Numbered from the stretch's first letter, positions 49,122 through 58,551 are shown. The stretch: DNA of 64,000 nucleotides from Dehalococcoidia bacterium (GCA_963664625.1 OY761541.1:2571670-2635669), one strand, 5' to 3'. Numbers and translations: made by a program. Notes: generated by a model not told the origin, from the letters alone.

Positions 49122-50405
49122 ATGTCCGGACCATTGGAAGGCATAAGAGTTGTGGACTTTACCGAGATCATCGCCGGGCCTCTGGCCGGTCGCCTTCTGG
49201 CCGAAATGGGCGCCGACGTCATCAAGGTGGAGCCCCCTTGGGGTGAGCCGTGGCGCACGACCCAGCGGTTTGCTCCAACCGAGAGCCGGGGGTTCATGGC
49301 CTACAACGGCGGCAAACGCAGCCTTCCTTTGGACCTTACCAAGCCGGAATGCCAGGACGTTATCAGCCGCTTGATACCCAAGACCGACGTTGTCCTGGTC
49401 AACTTCCGGCCTGACGTCGCGGCGAAGCTGGGGGTGGACTACGCTACGTTGAACGAGTTGAACCCAAGGTTGGTCTATTGCGAGATTACCGCCTATGGGC
49501 GGGAAGGCCCCGATGCGCATCGTCCCGGTTACGACATGATCCTGCAAGCCTTGACCGGGTTGATGGCAGCGGAGACGAAGCTGGAGAATGGCGTGCCGCA
49601 GCAGATCTGGGCGTCGCCGGTGATAGACACCACCGCCGGGTTCTGCATGGCTTGGTGTGTTTGCAGCGCCCTGTTCAATAGAGAACGGACCGGCCGCGGG
49701 CAGAAGATTGAGACCAGCCTGTTGGGCGCCGCGATGGCATTGCTGGGAACGCGGTTCCTGCACGTGGAGGACCTGGACAAGGAGGTCCGTGCCAAGGCAT
49801 TGGATGACATAGCAGACCGGCGGGCCGAGTCGGCATCATACCAGGAGATACTGGACGCTTCTCCGGGGAGCCGCCGTCCCAGGCACCACACCAACGTGTA
49901 CTACCGGACCTATTTGACGAAGGACGGCCCCATCGCCGTCGGCTGCCTCAGCGACCCGCTCCGCCGCCGCCTGCTGGATACCTTGGGGCTGACCGAGATG
50001 GCCCCGGAGCTGGAGTTCAGCGCCAACGATCCGGACGCCCAGTCCAGGGCCCGCAAGCTGGAGGCTGCGGCGGAAGAATTGTTCCGTCAAAAGACGTCCG
50101 ACGAGTGGTTGAGCATAATGGAGGGTAGAGGGATTCCCGCCGGGAGGGTCCGGTTTGTCGAGGAACTGTTCGACGACCCGCAAATCAAGGCCAACGGGTT
50201 GGTGAAGGAGTTGGAGCACAGCAAGGCAGGGAAGGTCAGGACAATGGGCGCCATAGCCCGCTTCAGTGAGACGCCCATGTCGGCGGACGTTGCGTCCCCG
50301 GCCTTGGGACAGCATACGTGGGACATACTCAGGGAGTTGGGCTACTCCGAAGAGCAAGTCCGCGAATGGGAAGCCGCCGGTTCCCTTGGATATACGGGAC
50401 CATAA
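49122..50405 (+). CDS. CaiB/BaiF-family (type III) CoA-transferase
   Basis: MSGPLEGIRVVDFTEIIAGPLAGRLLAEMGADVIKVEPP is a canonical N-terminus, with a GYD catalytic-Asp region. Confidence 0.88.
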   Translation: MSGPLEGIRVVDFTEIIAGPLAGRLLAEMGADVIKVEPPWGEPWRTTQRFAPTESRGFMAYNGGKRSLPLDLTKPECQDVISRLIPKTDVVLVNFRPDVAAKLGVDYATLNELNPRLVYCEITAYGREGPDAHRPGYDMILQALTGLMAAETKLENGVPQQIWASPVIDTTAGFCMAWCVCSALFNRERTGRGQKIETSLLGAAMALLGTRFLHVEDLDKEVRAKALDDIADRRAESASYQEILDASPGSRRPRHHTNVYYRTYLTKDGPIAVGCLSDPLRRRLLDTLGLTEMAPELEFSANDPDAQSRARKLEAAAEELFRQKTSDEWLSIMEGRGIPAGRVRFVEELFDDPQIKANGLVKELEHSKAGKVRTMGAIARFSETPMSADVASPALGQHTWDILRELGYSEEQVREWEAAGSLGYTGP

Positions 50406-50457
50406 CGAAGGGCTCCGATGAAGGAGCCCTTCGCAAGAACGCCGGAACAGGGGTTGG

Positions 50458-52308
50458 TTAGCGGTTTACCATGTCGTAGCTGCGGAGCAGCTTCCCCGGG
50501 GTGGCCCCGGTGCACACCGTGCCCTCGGTGAAGGTAACCTCACCGTTGACGATGGTGTAGCGGATTCCCTTGGCCTTCTGGATGATGCGGCGCTCACCGC
50601 CCGGGAAGTCGGTGTCGTAGACCGGGCTGTCGAACTGGAGACCCAGTTTGTCCAGGTCATAGACGATGATGTCGGCCGCGAACCCCTCTTTGAGGATGCC
50701 GCGGTCGGTGAACCCGGCAATCATGGCAGGCAGGCTGCTCATCTTGTAGTGGGCCTTCTCCAGGCTCATCATTCCTTGGTCCCTGACCCGGTCGGCGATC
50801 ATGTTGACCGGCCATGAACCGAGGGTCTGGTACCTGGTGTGGGCCCCGCCGTCCGACACGCAGGGGTGGGTGTAGGGGTGGTTCAGGATTTCGGACACAG
50901 CCTTCCTGTCGGTGCCTTGGGCCGAGTCGAAGGTGAACTCGGTGCGCAGCCCCTCGTCAATGGCAAGGTCGAGCATGGCGTCCATCGGATGCTTGCCCAT
51001 CATCTCGGCCAACTCGGCGATGGTCTTGCCCTCGTACTTGAGATTGCGGTCTTCCCGGACCTCGACCACCCGCATCTTGGACCACTCAGAGGCAGCGTCG
51101 GCAGCGCCACCCTGACCGGCGTATGCGCCTACGTCCTGGCGCATCTTGTCCCGGTTCTCGGGGAGGCTCAGCTTGGCGATGCGTTCCTCGGGGGTGCCGA
51201 CGAACGGGTCGATCCAGTTGGGCATGGCGTCAAAGCCGTTGTATTCGGCCAATTCGAACACCGGCGAGGGGGAATAGGCCGTCGTCTGGGCGAACATTGG
51301 CGCGCCTTCATGCCGGGCCCTTTCCAGGAACGCCAACTGCTCCAGGTACCGGCCGGGTGCGTTCTCGTTGAAGGCCACAGCGCCCCACTGGATGGGCCGA
51401 CCCGCGGCAATGCACATCTCGATCAGGAAGTCCTCGCGGCCGCGGCCAGGAGCGTCGCCTTCCACCGCGTCCATCAGGATTGCCGACTGCCCGGTCACGG
51501 CGGCCACCGCGGCCCCGGGGTCTCCGCCGCCGATCAGGTCCGGCTCACCGGGGGGCAGCGGACGCTCGGCAGGGCCGCGAGTCCAGCCGATGTGGCCGAC
51601 GCCAAACTCGTTCAAAACCTTGGCCAACGCCAGGAACTCGTCGTTGTGGGCGACCTGGCTGGGGATGAAACGCCCGTCGTCGGGACGGTTGGCCAGGGTC
51701 TTCATGGCCGACCAGCCGAAAGCGCCGGCGCGCATGGCCTCCCGCTGGAGTTCCTCCATCTGACGAATCTGTTCGTCGGAGGCCCGGACGACCGTGCGGG
51801 AGTCTTCCACGCCCATGACGTACATGCGAAGGGTGTTGAAGGGCACCAGCGCCCCCACGTTGACTCCGAGGGGATGGCTGTCAAGGCTGTCCAGCCACTG
51901 GGGGAAGCTCTCCCAGTCCCAGCGCAGGCCCAATTCCATTGTTCTCATAGGAATGGCTTCGATCCTGGTCATGAGGCGCATCGCTGCTTCCCGGTCTTCG
52001 GGCCTGCAGGGTGCGAAGCCGAAACCGCACTGGCCGATGGTCACCGAAGTGACGCCGTGCCAGCCGGACATGGTGGCGTAGGGTTCCCAGTTGAGCTGGA
52101 GATCGTAGTGGGTGTGGAGGTCTATAGCGCCAGGAGCTACGATACAGCCCGTGGCATCCAACTCCTCCGTGGCCGACCCCTGGATCCGCCCGCTGATCAT
52201 GGCGATTTTGCCGTTTTTGAGCGCGATGTCTCCACGGAAAGCCGGCGTACCTCCAGTGCCGTCGACAATCGTACCGTTGCGAATAATTTTGTCGTATTCC
52301 GCCATCAA
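50458..52308 (-). CDS. N-acyl-D-amino-acid deacylase (D-aminoacylase) family amidohydrolase
   Basis: IIRNGTIVDGTG...VAPGAIDLHTHYD (metal-binding HxH) and a C-terminal beta-barrel region. Confidence 0.8.
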   Translation of the reverse strand: MMAEYDKIIRNGTIVDGTGGTPAFRGDIALKNGKIAMISGRIQGSATEELDATGCIVAPGAIDLHTHYDLQLNWEPYATMSGWHGVTSVTIGQCGFGFAPCRPEDREAAMRLMTRIEAIPMRTMELGLRWDWESFPQWLDSLDSHPLGVNVGALVPFNTLRMYVMGVEDSRTVVRASDEQIRQMEELQREAMRAGAFGWSAMKTLANRPDDGRFIPSQVAHNDEFLALAKVLNEFGVGHIGWTRGPAERPLPPGEPDLIGGGDPGAAVAAVTGQSAILMDAVEGDAPGRGREDFLIEMCIAAGRPIQWGAVAFNENAPGRYLEQLAFLERARHEGAPMFAQTTAYSPSPVFELAEYNGFDAMPNWIDPFVGTPEERIAKLSLPENRDKMRQDVGAYAGQGGAADAASEWSKMRVVEVREDRNLKYEGKTIAELAEMMGKHPMDAMLDLAIDEGLRTEFTFDSAQGTDRKAVSEILNHPYTHPCVSDGGAHTRYQTLGSWPVNMIADRVRDQGMMSLEKAHYKMSSLPAMIAGFTDRGILKEGFAADIIVYDLDKLGLQFDSPVYDTDFPGGERRIIQKAKGIRYTIVNGEVTFTEGTVCTGATPGKLLRSYDMVNR

Positions 52309-52369
52309 CTTCCCTCTCTTTCGTGGCGATTTGGTGTCACACTCACCTTACCTAACAGCAATACACCCG

Positions 52370-52825
52370 TCAAGACCTGGGTTCCATTTCCAGAGGCCTG
52401 TCGTGGGGTGAACTATAGCCGGAAAGGCCCTGCTCCGACGGGAACCCCGACGGCGGGGCGTTGGGCGGCGTTGAAAGCACCCGGTCGGGGTCGTGAATCG
52501 GGAAAACGAACAGCAAACGAGCCGGAGTCTGGGAGCGGTTGACGAAACCGTGCACTGAACCGGCAGGCGCGAGGACTACGTCGCCGGGTCCAATGGTCAT
52601 TCGCTGTGAACCCACCAGTGCCTCCAACTCGCCTTCCAGCAAGACCATCGCCTCTTCGGTGTTGGTGTGGGTGTGGCGCGGCACGCGGGACATGCTGGCG
52701 ATGATCACTTCACCGAGTCTCAGAGACGTGCTGCCGTGGAACGCGTCCACGATGCCGAAGGACTCCAAGCCGGGAGAGGTTACATTTTCTCTCTTGGTCC
52801 TGTCGCTTCTCTTGATGATGGGCAT
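52370..52825 (-). CDS. Cupin-domain protein
   Basis: ATG at 52825 follows GGAAAGGAGG. PRHTHTNTEEAMVLLEG...GDVVLAPAGSVHGF are cupin motifs 1 and 2. The longer track ORF is an extension. Confidence 0.75.
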   Translation of the reverse strand: MPIIKRSDRTKRENVTSPGLESFGIVDAFHGSTSLRLGEVIIASMSRVPRHTHTNTEEAMVLLEGELEALVGSQRMTIGPGDVVLAPAGSVHGFVNRSQTPARLLFVFPIHDPDRVLSTPPNAPPSGFPSEQGLSGYSSPHDRPLEMEPRS

Positions 52826-52857
52826 GTCGCCTCCTTTCCAGGTTGTATAGGCGGGGG

Positions 52858-53475
52858 CTACTCCAGCCAACGGACAAAGTTGGATACAGGCGTGCGCTGG
52901 GAGTTGGGGTCTTCGGCGGGATAGCCGATGGAGAGCATCGTGGCCAGCGTCCAGTCTTCTTCGGCGCCCAAGGTTTTGGCCAAGTCCGGGTGGCGGGTGG
53001 GGCCGCCGGTCTCCCAAGTTACGGCCAAGCCCTCGGCCACTCCCGCCAGGGCGATGTTGTGGGCGGCGCAACAGACTGACGCGTAGTTCTCCTTGGTGCC
53101 TTCTTCGTCGCGGCCGGGAGTGGAGTACAGGTAGATGATCACCGGGGTCTTGAGCAAAGAGTCGCGGGTGGCTTCGGCGCGCCGGGCGTCGCCGCGCCGC
53201 TCCAAGGCGTAGTCATGGGCCAGACCGGCCACCTTCTCCGACGCCGCGCTGCCTTTCTCCATGACGAATATGCGCCAGGGCTCGGTGAGGCGATGGTTGG
53301 GCGCCCAGACCGCGGTGTCCAACATGCGGTCCAGGGCATCCTTGGGCACTGGTTGGTCTTTGAAGTCCCACGCCATGCGGCGGCGGTAGAGGGCTTCGTA
53401 AACGGTGACGTTCGTCTCCGGTACGGGGCAATCGGCGAAGCCTACTTTTTCCGGGCTTCCGGACTCAGTGGACAT
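52858..53475 (-). CDS. Nitroreductase-family protein
   Basis: ATG at 53475 lies 5 nt after GGAGG. RRMAWDFKDQPVPKDALDRMLDTAVWAPNHRLTEPWRIFV is typical of the family. Confidence 0.8.
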   Translation of the reverse strand: MSTESGSPEKVGFADCPVPETNVTVYEALYRRRMAWDFKDQPVPKDALDRMLDTAVWAPNHRLTEPWRIFVMEKGSAASEKVAGLAHDYALERRGDARRAEATRDSLLKTPVIIYLYSTPGRDEEGTKENYASVCCAAHNIALAGVAEGLAVTWETGGPTRHPDLAKTLGAEEDWTLATMLSIGYPAEDPNSQRTPVSNFVRWLE

Positions 53476-53489
53476 GCTGGCCTCCTCTC

Positions 53490-53576
53490 GCACCACTGAT
53501 TATCATGGACCACTGATTATCCTGATTTATCAGATGAATCAGATGAATCAGCGGTATCCCATGAATCAGCGGTAGG
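53490..53576. repeat. Composite imperfect palindrome related to the 32981-33027 element
   Basis: ACCACTGATTATCATGG ACCACTGATTATCCTGATTTATCAGATGAATCAGATGAATCAGCGGT ATCCCATGAATCAGCGGT. It shares the CTGATTATC(T/C)TGATTTATCAGAT core. The central arms match 18/23. Confidence 0.85.
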
Positions 53577-53669
53577 CGTTCCTGTTTCCTGTTCCGTCGT
53601 TACAAACGCTTCGGGTGGGTGTATACGGTAAACGAGACAGGCCGGTCCCATGCAGCCTGCCCCCGGCTT

Positions 53670-53705
53670 GGTTCCCGCCTACGCGGGAAAGACGAGGGAA
53701 GGGGG
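53670..53705 (+). repeat. REP-like hairpin repeat copy
   Basis: GGTTCCCGCCTACGCGGGAAAGACGAGGGAAGGGGG. Confidence 0.85.
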
Positions 53706-53744
53706 ATGACCGGCCTGTCCAATCGTGTAGCGATATGCGGGCTG

Positions 53745-55172
53745 TTAAGACCCTTGGGAAATCCGGGTGAAGGCGGCGTACTCGGTGGTGTTGGTGTCGG
53801 CTCCCTGCCAGCCCTCCTTGGCGACCTTGAGGTTGTCCTGGGCTGCGGCGAGGTCGCCGAGTCCCTGCTGGGCGCGGGCCATCCAGTAATTGTCGCGGGG
53901 CGACTCTCGCTTGGACAGGCGGTCCTTGAGCATTGCCGTCGCCTTGTCGAACTCTCCGGCCCTGAGGCAGGCTTCCACCAGAGTGTCCTCGAACACCAGC
54001 CGCTGGGCGTGGCTGCCGCCGACCCTGGTCAGTTGCGGGAACACCGGCTCCATCAACCGCACCGCTTCGGCGTAGTCGCCCTGACCGAATGCGCCGATGC
54101 CCTTGACCAGCGGCAGGGTGGCCTCAAGAGCGGTGGCGTCACCGCTGTCGGCCATCGCCTGAAGGCCGTCGACCAGCTTGTTGAACGACTGCTCGTCGCC
54201 GGCGGCGGTAAAGGCCAGGGCGGCGTGGGCATCGCGGAAGGACGGGCCGGGCCTGACCGCGGCCGGCGCGGCAAGGTCGACAATTTCCTGCCAGGGAGCG
54301 TCGGGAGCTTTGTCGCCGTAGACGCGCATCCGCCAGATGAGGGACGCGCTGTCGGCCAAGGCCTGGTACCTGAGACCCTGCACCGCCGGGCGGATGTCAT
54401 TCTCGTACCATCCCAGGGCGTCGTTGTAGCGGCCCCGGGCCAGTTCGAACAGGGCTTGATGCCAGGACAGGTGGACGCGGTAGGCGGAGCGGCGGTCGTA
54501 GTCCTCAAGCCAGTTGCCCAGGAAGGACGCTCCATCTTCATCCTGGCTCAACTCGTAGAAGACGTGGGCCACAGAGTGGACGGCCACGCCGTTGTCGGGT
54601 TTGATGTTGAGAGAACGCTCGGCCAAGTCCATGCCCTCGGCCATCAGGCCAATCTCATGGTTGGCCCAAGAGTACTGGCCCATGAAGGCCCAGTCGTCGC
54701 CGTACTTGGGCGCCACGCCACTCATCAGTTGGTAGAACCGGGGCGGGTAATCGGGGATTCCGGCCCCGACGCATCCTTGGACGTAGAGACGCTGGGCCAA
54801 GCGAAGGATCATTGCGTCGAGGGGGAACTCGTTCAAGTGCTCGTGCACCGCCGCGGTAGCCGGAAGGTTCTGTCCGTTGACGAACTTGGACACAACGTCG
54901 ATATACTGCCGCTCCCGCTGGGAGATGCCGGACGACTGCTTGACGGCGGTCTCAGCGCTCTCCCGGGCCTCCGGCATGGCGACGCGGGTGGCCTGCATGA
55001 AAGCCAACGCTGCGCGGGCCAGGGCAAACCCCTCGTCGGCCTCGATTGCTTGGGCAAACTCCTCTTCGGCGCCGTAGCTCTGGGCCAATGCCAGGTCCAA
55101 GCCCGTTTCGAAGTGGGCCAGCGCCGTGTTGGAAGATGTGGACACGGGAAGTCCGTAACGATCGTTAGGCAT
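53745..55172 (-). CDS. Tetratricopeptide-repeat protein (TTC38-like)
   Basis: 475 aa, all-helical with TPR-like periodicity. The N-terminus MPNDRYGLPVSTSSNTALAHFETGLDLAL resembles the TTC38 family. The antisense 522-aa ORF has shadow-like composition. Confidence 0.65.
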   Translation of the reverse strand: MPNDRYGLPVSTSSNTALAHFETGLDLALAQSYGAEEEFAQAIEADEGFALARAALAFMQATRVAMPEARESAETAVKQSSGISQRERQYIDVVSKFVNGQNLPATAAVHEHLNEFPLDAMILRLAQRLYVQGCVGAGIPDYPPRFYQLMSGVAPKYGDDWAFMGQYSWANHEIGLMAEGMDLAERSLNIKPDNGVAVHSVAHVFYELSQDEDGASFLGNWLEDYDRRSAYRVHLSWHQALFELARGRYNDALGWYENDIRPAVQGLRYQALADSASLIWRMRVYGDKAPDAPWQEIVDLAAPAAVRPGPSFRDAHAALAFTAAGDEQSFNKLVDGLQAMADSGDATALEATLPLVKGIGAFGQGDYAEAVRLMEPVFPQLTRVGGSHAQRLVFEDTLVEACLRAGEFDKATAMLKDRLSKRESPRDNYWMARAQQGLGDLAAAQDNLKVAKEGWQGADTNTTEYAAFTRISQGS

Positions 55173-55194
55173 GAGTCCTCCTTATGAAGATGAT

Positions 55195-55230
55195 GGATTC
55201 CCGCCTTTGCGGGAATGACGGGGGGATAGG
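55195..55230 (+). repeat. REP-like hairpin repeat copy
   Basis: GGATTCCCGCCTTTGCGGGAATGACGGGGGGATAGG. Confidence 0.9.
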
Positions 55231-55237
55231 GCGGCGT

Positions 55238-56065
55238 TCAGCCCAGGCCGGACAGGAACTCGTTGATGATGCGGTTGAACTCGTCGGGTTTCTCGGCGAG
55301 AGGGAAATGACCGCATTGATCGATTTCCCGGACGGTGGCGTTGGGGATGGCGTTGGCGTAGAGGTGGGCGCATTCCACCGGGACCACCGCGTCCTGGGAA
55401 CCCCAGATAATCAGCGTGGGGGTGTCGACCTTGGCCAGATAGTGAGGCAGGCTGGGGTTGTGCAGATAAGGCTTCCAGCAGAGCCGGGACGACATCTCGC
55501 GGTTGGAATGGTCAACCAGAGTCTCTTCCGGAGTCAGCTCGCGGGTCCAGTACGCCTTTTCGACCTCGGGGACTTGGGACTCGTCGTAGAAACGCTGGGC
55601 CGCGCGGGTCTGGGCCGACACCATGAAGACCTCGGCAATCTCCCCTTGCACGGGCTTGATCCCCGCGGCGTCCACCAGCACCAGCCCCTTCAGATCGTGG
55701 TGGTCCATAGCGGCCATCTCAGCGGCCACCCAGCCGCCCATGGAAAAGCCTACCAGGACATAGTCGCGGAGGCCAAGCTCGTGGACCATGGCTTGGTTGA
55801 AGTGGGCCAGGTCAGTAATGGTCGAAATCCAGGGAGGCCGCGGGGTGCCGTTGTATCCGGCTTGGGACGGCGCGTAAACGGTGTGGGTCCGGGCCAGGTT
55901 GTCCAGATACGGTTGCCATCCGGGACTTCCGCCGGCCCCGTGGAGGAACAGCAGGGGCGGCCCGGAGCCGCCGGAAAACATTTGGACTTCGTGCCCTTGT
56001 ACGGTAATCGTGGACTCGTGTTGACTGGCAGTAGTTGTCATTGAGACCCTCCAAACGCCTTCCAA
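55238..56065 (-). CDS. Alpha/beta hydrolase (meta-cleavage-product hydrolase-like)
   Basis: PLLFLHGAGG, GFSMGG nucleophile elbow, C-terminal CGHFP. Confidence 0.82.
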   Translation of the reverse strand: MEGVWRVSMTTTASQHESTITVQGHEVQMFSGGSGPPLLFLHGAGGSPGWQPYLDNLARTHTVYAPSQAGYNGTPRPPWISTITDLAHFNQAMVHELGLRDYVLVGFSMGGWVAAEMAAMDHHDLKGLVLVDAAGIKPVQGEIAEVFMVSAQTRAAQRFYDESQVPEVEKAYWTRELTPEETLVDHSNREMSSRLCWKPYLHNPSLPHYLAKVDTPTLIIWGSQDAVVPVECAHLYANAIPNATVREIDQCGHFPLAEKPDEFNRIINEFLSGLG

Positions 56066-56186
56066 GTCAGGCCAGGTCAGGCGTCACGTTCACCCGATTC
56101 TGGTACAGAATCAATATCGTGTCAAGGTTGGGGCCAGTGACCGTAGTGTTCCGCCTCGCGTGGTCAGTCCAACGATGACGGCACGG

Positions 56187-56216
56187 TGGATTCCCGTGCA
56201 GGCGGGAATGACGCGA
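56187..56216 (+). repeat. REP-like hairpin repeat copy (degenerate)
   Basis: GTGGATTCCCGTGCAGGCGGGAATGACGCG. Confidence 0.75.
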
Positions 56217-56320
56217 TGTGGTTGAGGTTACCGCCAGGATTTGGCAGCCGCTGTGAAATTCCAATGGAGATATTCTACGTAACCGGGTTTGCTTGATCAC
56301 CTGAACCATGCCTTGGCCGA

Positions 56321-56329
56321 TGATATAAT
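56321..56329 (+). promoter_or_regulatory. Candidate extended -10 promoter element (TGATATAAT) for the ATPase-PIN-membrane operon
   Basis: TGATATAAT lies 19 nt upstream of the ATG at 56349, inside the spurious 5' extension of the track ORF. Confidence 0.4.
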
Positions 56330-56348
56330 CGGCACGAGGACAGTCGGC

Positions 56349-57590
56349 ATGATAACGAACATCACACTGGGCAACTTCAAGTGCTTCCGGCACGTGAGCA
56401 TCGATCCGAAGCTGGTTACGGTCCTGATTGGGCCCAACGGCACCGGCAAGTCGGGGGTTCTGCAAGCGTTGATGTTGCTGAAGCAATCGAGGGACGATGT
56501 CAGGTCATTGAAATTGCATGGTGATTTGGTGTGGTTCGCGCCGGAGGCATTCGTGTTTCAAGGCTGGGATAGGGCATCGGACGAAGTCGGGCTGGCTCTG
56601 TCCGGATATTGGCTGGTCGAATCAAGAGCTGCTGAAACTCAGGTTGATTTTACGGTTGAGCTTCGGTATTCAAGAGACGCCCAGTTACAGGGAAGGCGAG
56701 GGAAAACGACACTTAAGGCATTTGGAGAGAATTGGGAGATTCCTGTCAGCCCCACGGACATACAGGATCGCATTGATACTTTCTCTGGTGCGCTCGTTTA
56801 TGTGAGCGGACATGGAATAAACGATTTCAGGGGTAACGGTGTAGGTAGGGTAGTAGCAGAATACCCTGAACTTTGGGAACAAGTATCACGAGCCCCCGGA
56901 TCTGTCGTCGGCAATCTGAAGATGGTCCCGGCAACCAGGGCGTTGACTCGAGGCACCTATCACTTGGGGCCAGAGCCTTTCGTGGACATTTCGGGCGTGG
57001 AAGGTCTAGGCAAACAAGAAGAAAACACAGCCACTACCTTGGCTTATTCGCGGCGCGATGTCGAAAAAGTTTCCCATTTGATGAAACGAGTCACAGGGGT
57101 GGGATTCAGAACGGACACTGTTCCTCCGCAATCGGCAATGCCAGTTTCGGAGTCTCCGGTTGGTGATTTCAGTCTCGTTGCCGAAGGATTCGGGACGAAC
57201 GCTTTGGTGCAACTTCTGTTTGAAGTGGTGAGGGCTGTTCCGGGGGTTACGGTGTTGATCGAGGAGCCGGAAGTCCACCTTCACCCCAGAGCGCAGGCCG
57301 ATTTGGCGTCGGTGCTGGTGGAGGAGGCCAAGGCGGCCGACAAGCAGATAATCATGACCACGCACAGCGAGCATGTAGCGGGGAGACTGCTTACACTGGT
57401 GGCGGAGGGGACACTATCGCCGGACGAGTTCGCCATCTACTCTTTCGAAAAGGATGATGACGGTGTCTGTTCCGCACAGAAAATCGAAGTAACCGAACAT
57501 GGTCAGGTCGTGGGTGGCCTGAGGAGCTTCTTCGAGACCGACCTGGACGAAATGCGGCGGTTTGTGGATGCGCTGCGCGCCAAGGCATGA
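56349..57590 (+). CDS. ABC/SMC-like AAA ATPase with DUF3696-like C-terminus (paralog 3)
   Basis: MITNITLGNFKCF...VLIGPNGTGKSGVLQAL (Walker A), VPATRALTRGTY, VLIEEPEVHLHP, TTHSEH, C-terminal LRSFFETD. Confidence 0.8.
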   Translation: MITNITLGNFKCFRHVSIDPKLVTVLIGPNGTGKSGVLQALMLLKQSRDDVRSLKLHGDLVWFAPEAFVFQGWDRASDEVGLALSGYWLVESRAAETQVDFTVELRYSRDAQLQGRRGKTTLKAFGENWEIPVSPTDIQDRIDTFSGALVYVSGHGINDFRGNGVGRVVAEYPELWEQVSRAPGSVVGNLKMVPATRALTRGTYHLGPEPFVDISGVEGLGKQEENTATTLAYSRRDVEKVSHLMKRVTGVGFRTDTVPPQSAMPVSESPVGDFSLVAEGFGTNALVQLLFEVVRAVPGVTVLIEEPEVHLHPRAQADLASVLVEEAKAADKQIIMTTHSEHVAGRLLTLVAEGTLSPDEFAIYSFEKDDDGVCSAQKIEVTEHGQVVGGLRSFFETDLDEMRRFVDALRAKA

Positions 57591-57994
57591 CGCCACGTTT
57601 CATCTTGGACGAAAACGTTGTAATACTGGCGCAACAGGGGCTTGATGAGAGGGGGAATCTCAATCCCGTCTGCGCCGAACTGATCCAACAGATCATAGAG
57701 ATATGCCACACCATTGTGGTGGATGATGTTTTGTGGGACAAGTTTGATGAGCAACTCAACCGGGCCGGTCACCAACAGCCTCAAGCGGGTTCCGTCCTAT
57801 TCCGTGTCCTTTGCAACGCCCTCGCGACGGCCAATAAGATGGACGGGTTGGGTCACACCGCACCGTCCTTCAATGAAGAAGGTTCGATTCCGCCCGGAAG
57901 CATAGACGACACGTATATCGTCCGACTGGCGGTGGAGTCCGAAGCGGTCCTTGTCACTACTGACGGTCCTCTTCGAGACGACCTGCGGGAATGA
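57587..57994 (+). CDS. PIN-like nuclease-fold protein (135 aa), paralog of 10062-10553
   Basis: The ATG overlaps the ATPase TGA (ATGA). FILDENVV at the N-terminus, SIDDTYIVRLAVESEAVLVTTDGPL at the C-terminus. Motif order is the same as in the first copy. Confidence 0.55.
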   Translation: MTPRFILDENVVILAQQGLDERGNLNPVCAELIQQIIEICHTIVVDDVLWDKFDEQLNRAGHQQPQAGSVLFRVLCNALATANKMDGLGHTAPSFNEEGSIPPGSIDDTYIVRLAVESEAVLVTTDGPLRDDLRE

Positions 57995-58551
57995 CCATCC
58001 AAGTCGCCGGAACTGGTCTGATACGGTACGATATAGACATGTTGAAGCAAGAAGATAAACCGCTTTATTGGGACAACCACGAGGGGTTTCGGCGGCTGCT
58101 GATAATCGGCAGTATCTCGCTGGTTATCGGTGTCTTTTTCGGCGACCAGATTGGGCTGTCTGATGGATTCACGTGGCTTCGAGGATGGTTCCCGATTTTC
58201 ATGTGGGCTTCCGGGCTGGTTACCTTGGCTATATGCTTCCTGGTCCATCCACGGCAGTATTCAATTTACCCGGACTACTTGGCGGTTGAGTGGTGGTATC
58301 CCCGCCGGAAGGTCGTCCCTTTCAATGAAATAACCGAGCTCCAAGCTTGGACCAGCGTGGGCCGGCGGAAAATCATCGTGCTAAGCAAGGGTGAGGACTA
58401 CGATTTCGGCTTCGACGCAATCGCGCCCCGGCGGGTAGAAGTATTTGCCCAACGGCTGGAAGAGTCGTTGAACCGCCACCGTTTCTATGCAGGCCGGGAC
58501 CCCCTCCAGATTCGGCCGGAACGGTCGCGCCGGGACAAGGATAAGGGCTAG
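57991..58551 (+). CDS. Membrane protein: two TM helices plus a C-terminal PH-like (bPH/YdbS-like) domain
   Basis: The ATG overlaps the PIN-like TGA (ATGA). Hydrophobic segments LLIIGSISLVIGVFFG and WFPIFMWASGLVTLAICFLV. Then YSIYPDYLAVEWWYPRRKVVPFNEITELQAW...IIVLSKG, resembling bacterial PH domains (inference). Confidence 0.5.
   Translation: MTIQVAGTGLIRYDIDMLKQEDKPLYWDNHEGFRRLLIIGSISLVIGVFFGDQIGLSDGFTWLRGWFPIFMWASGLVTLAICFLVHPRQYSIYPDYLAVEWWYPRRKVVPFNEITELQAWTSVGRRKIIVLSKGEDYDFGFDAIAPRRVEVFAQRLEESLNRHRFYAGRDPLQIRPERSRRDKDKG

Noticed and set aside
50839-52542. 567-aa ORF antisense to the D-aminoacylase gene
   Set aside because: Shadow ORF. The minus strand carries clear amidohydrolase motifs (HxH).
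53619-55187. 522-aa plus-strand ORF overlapping the TPR gene
   Set aside because: The composition is typical of an antisense shadow, and the ORF reads through REP copies. The minus-strand product has coherent TPR-like helical periodicity and a good RBS context.
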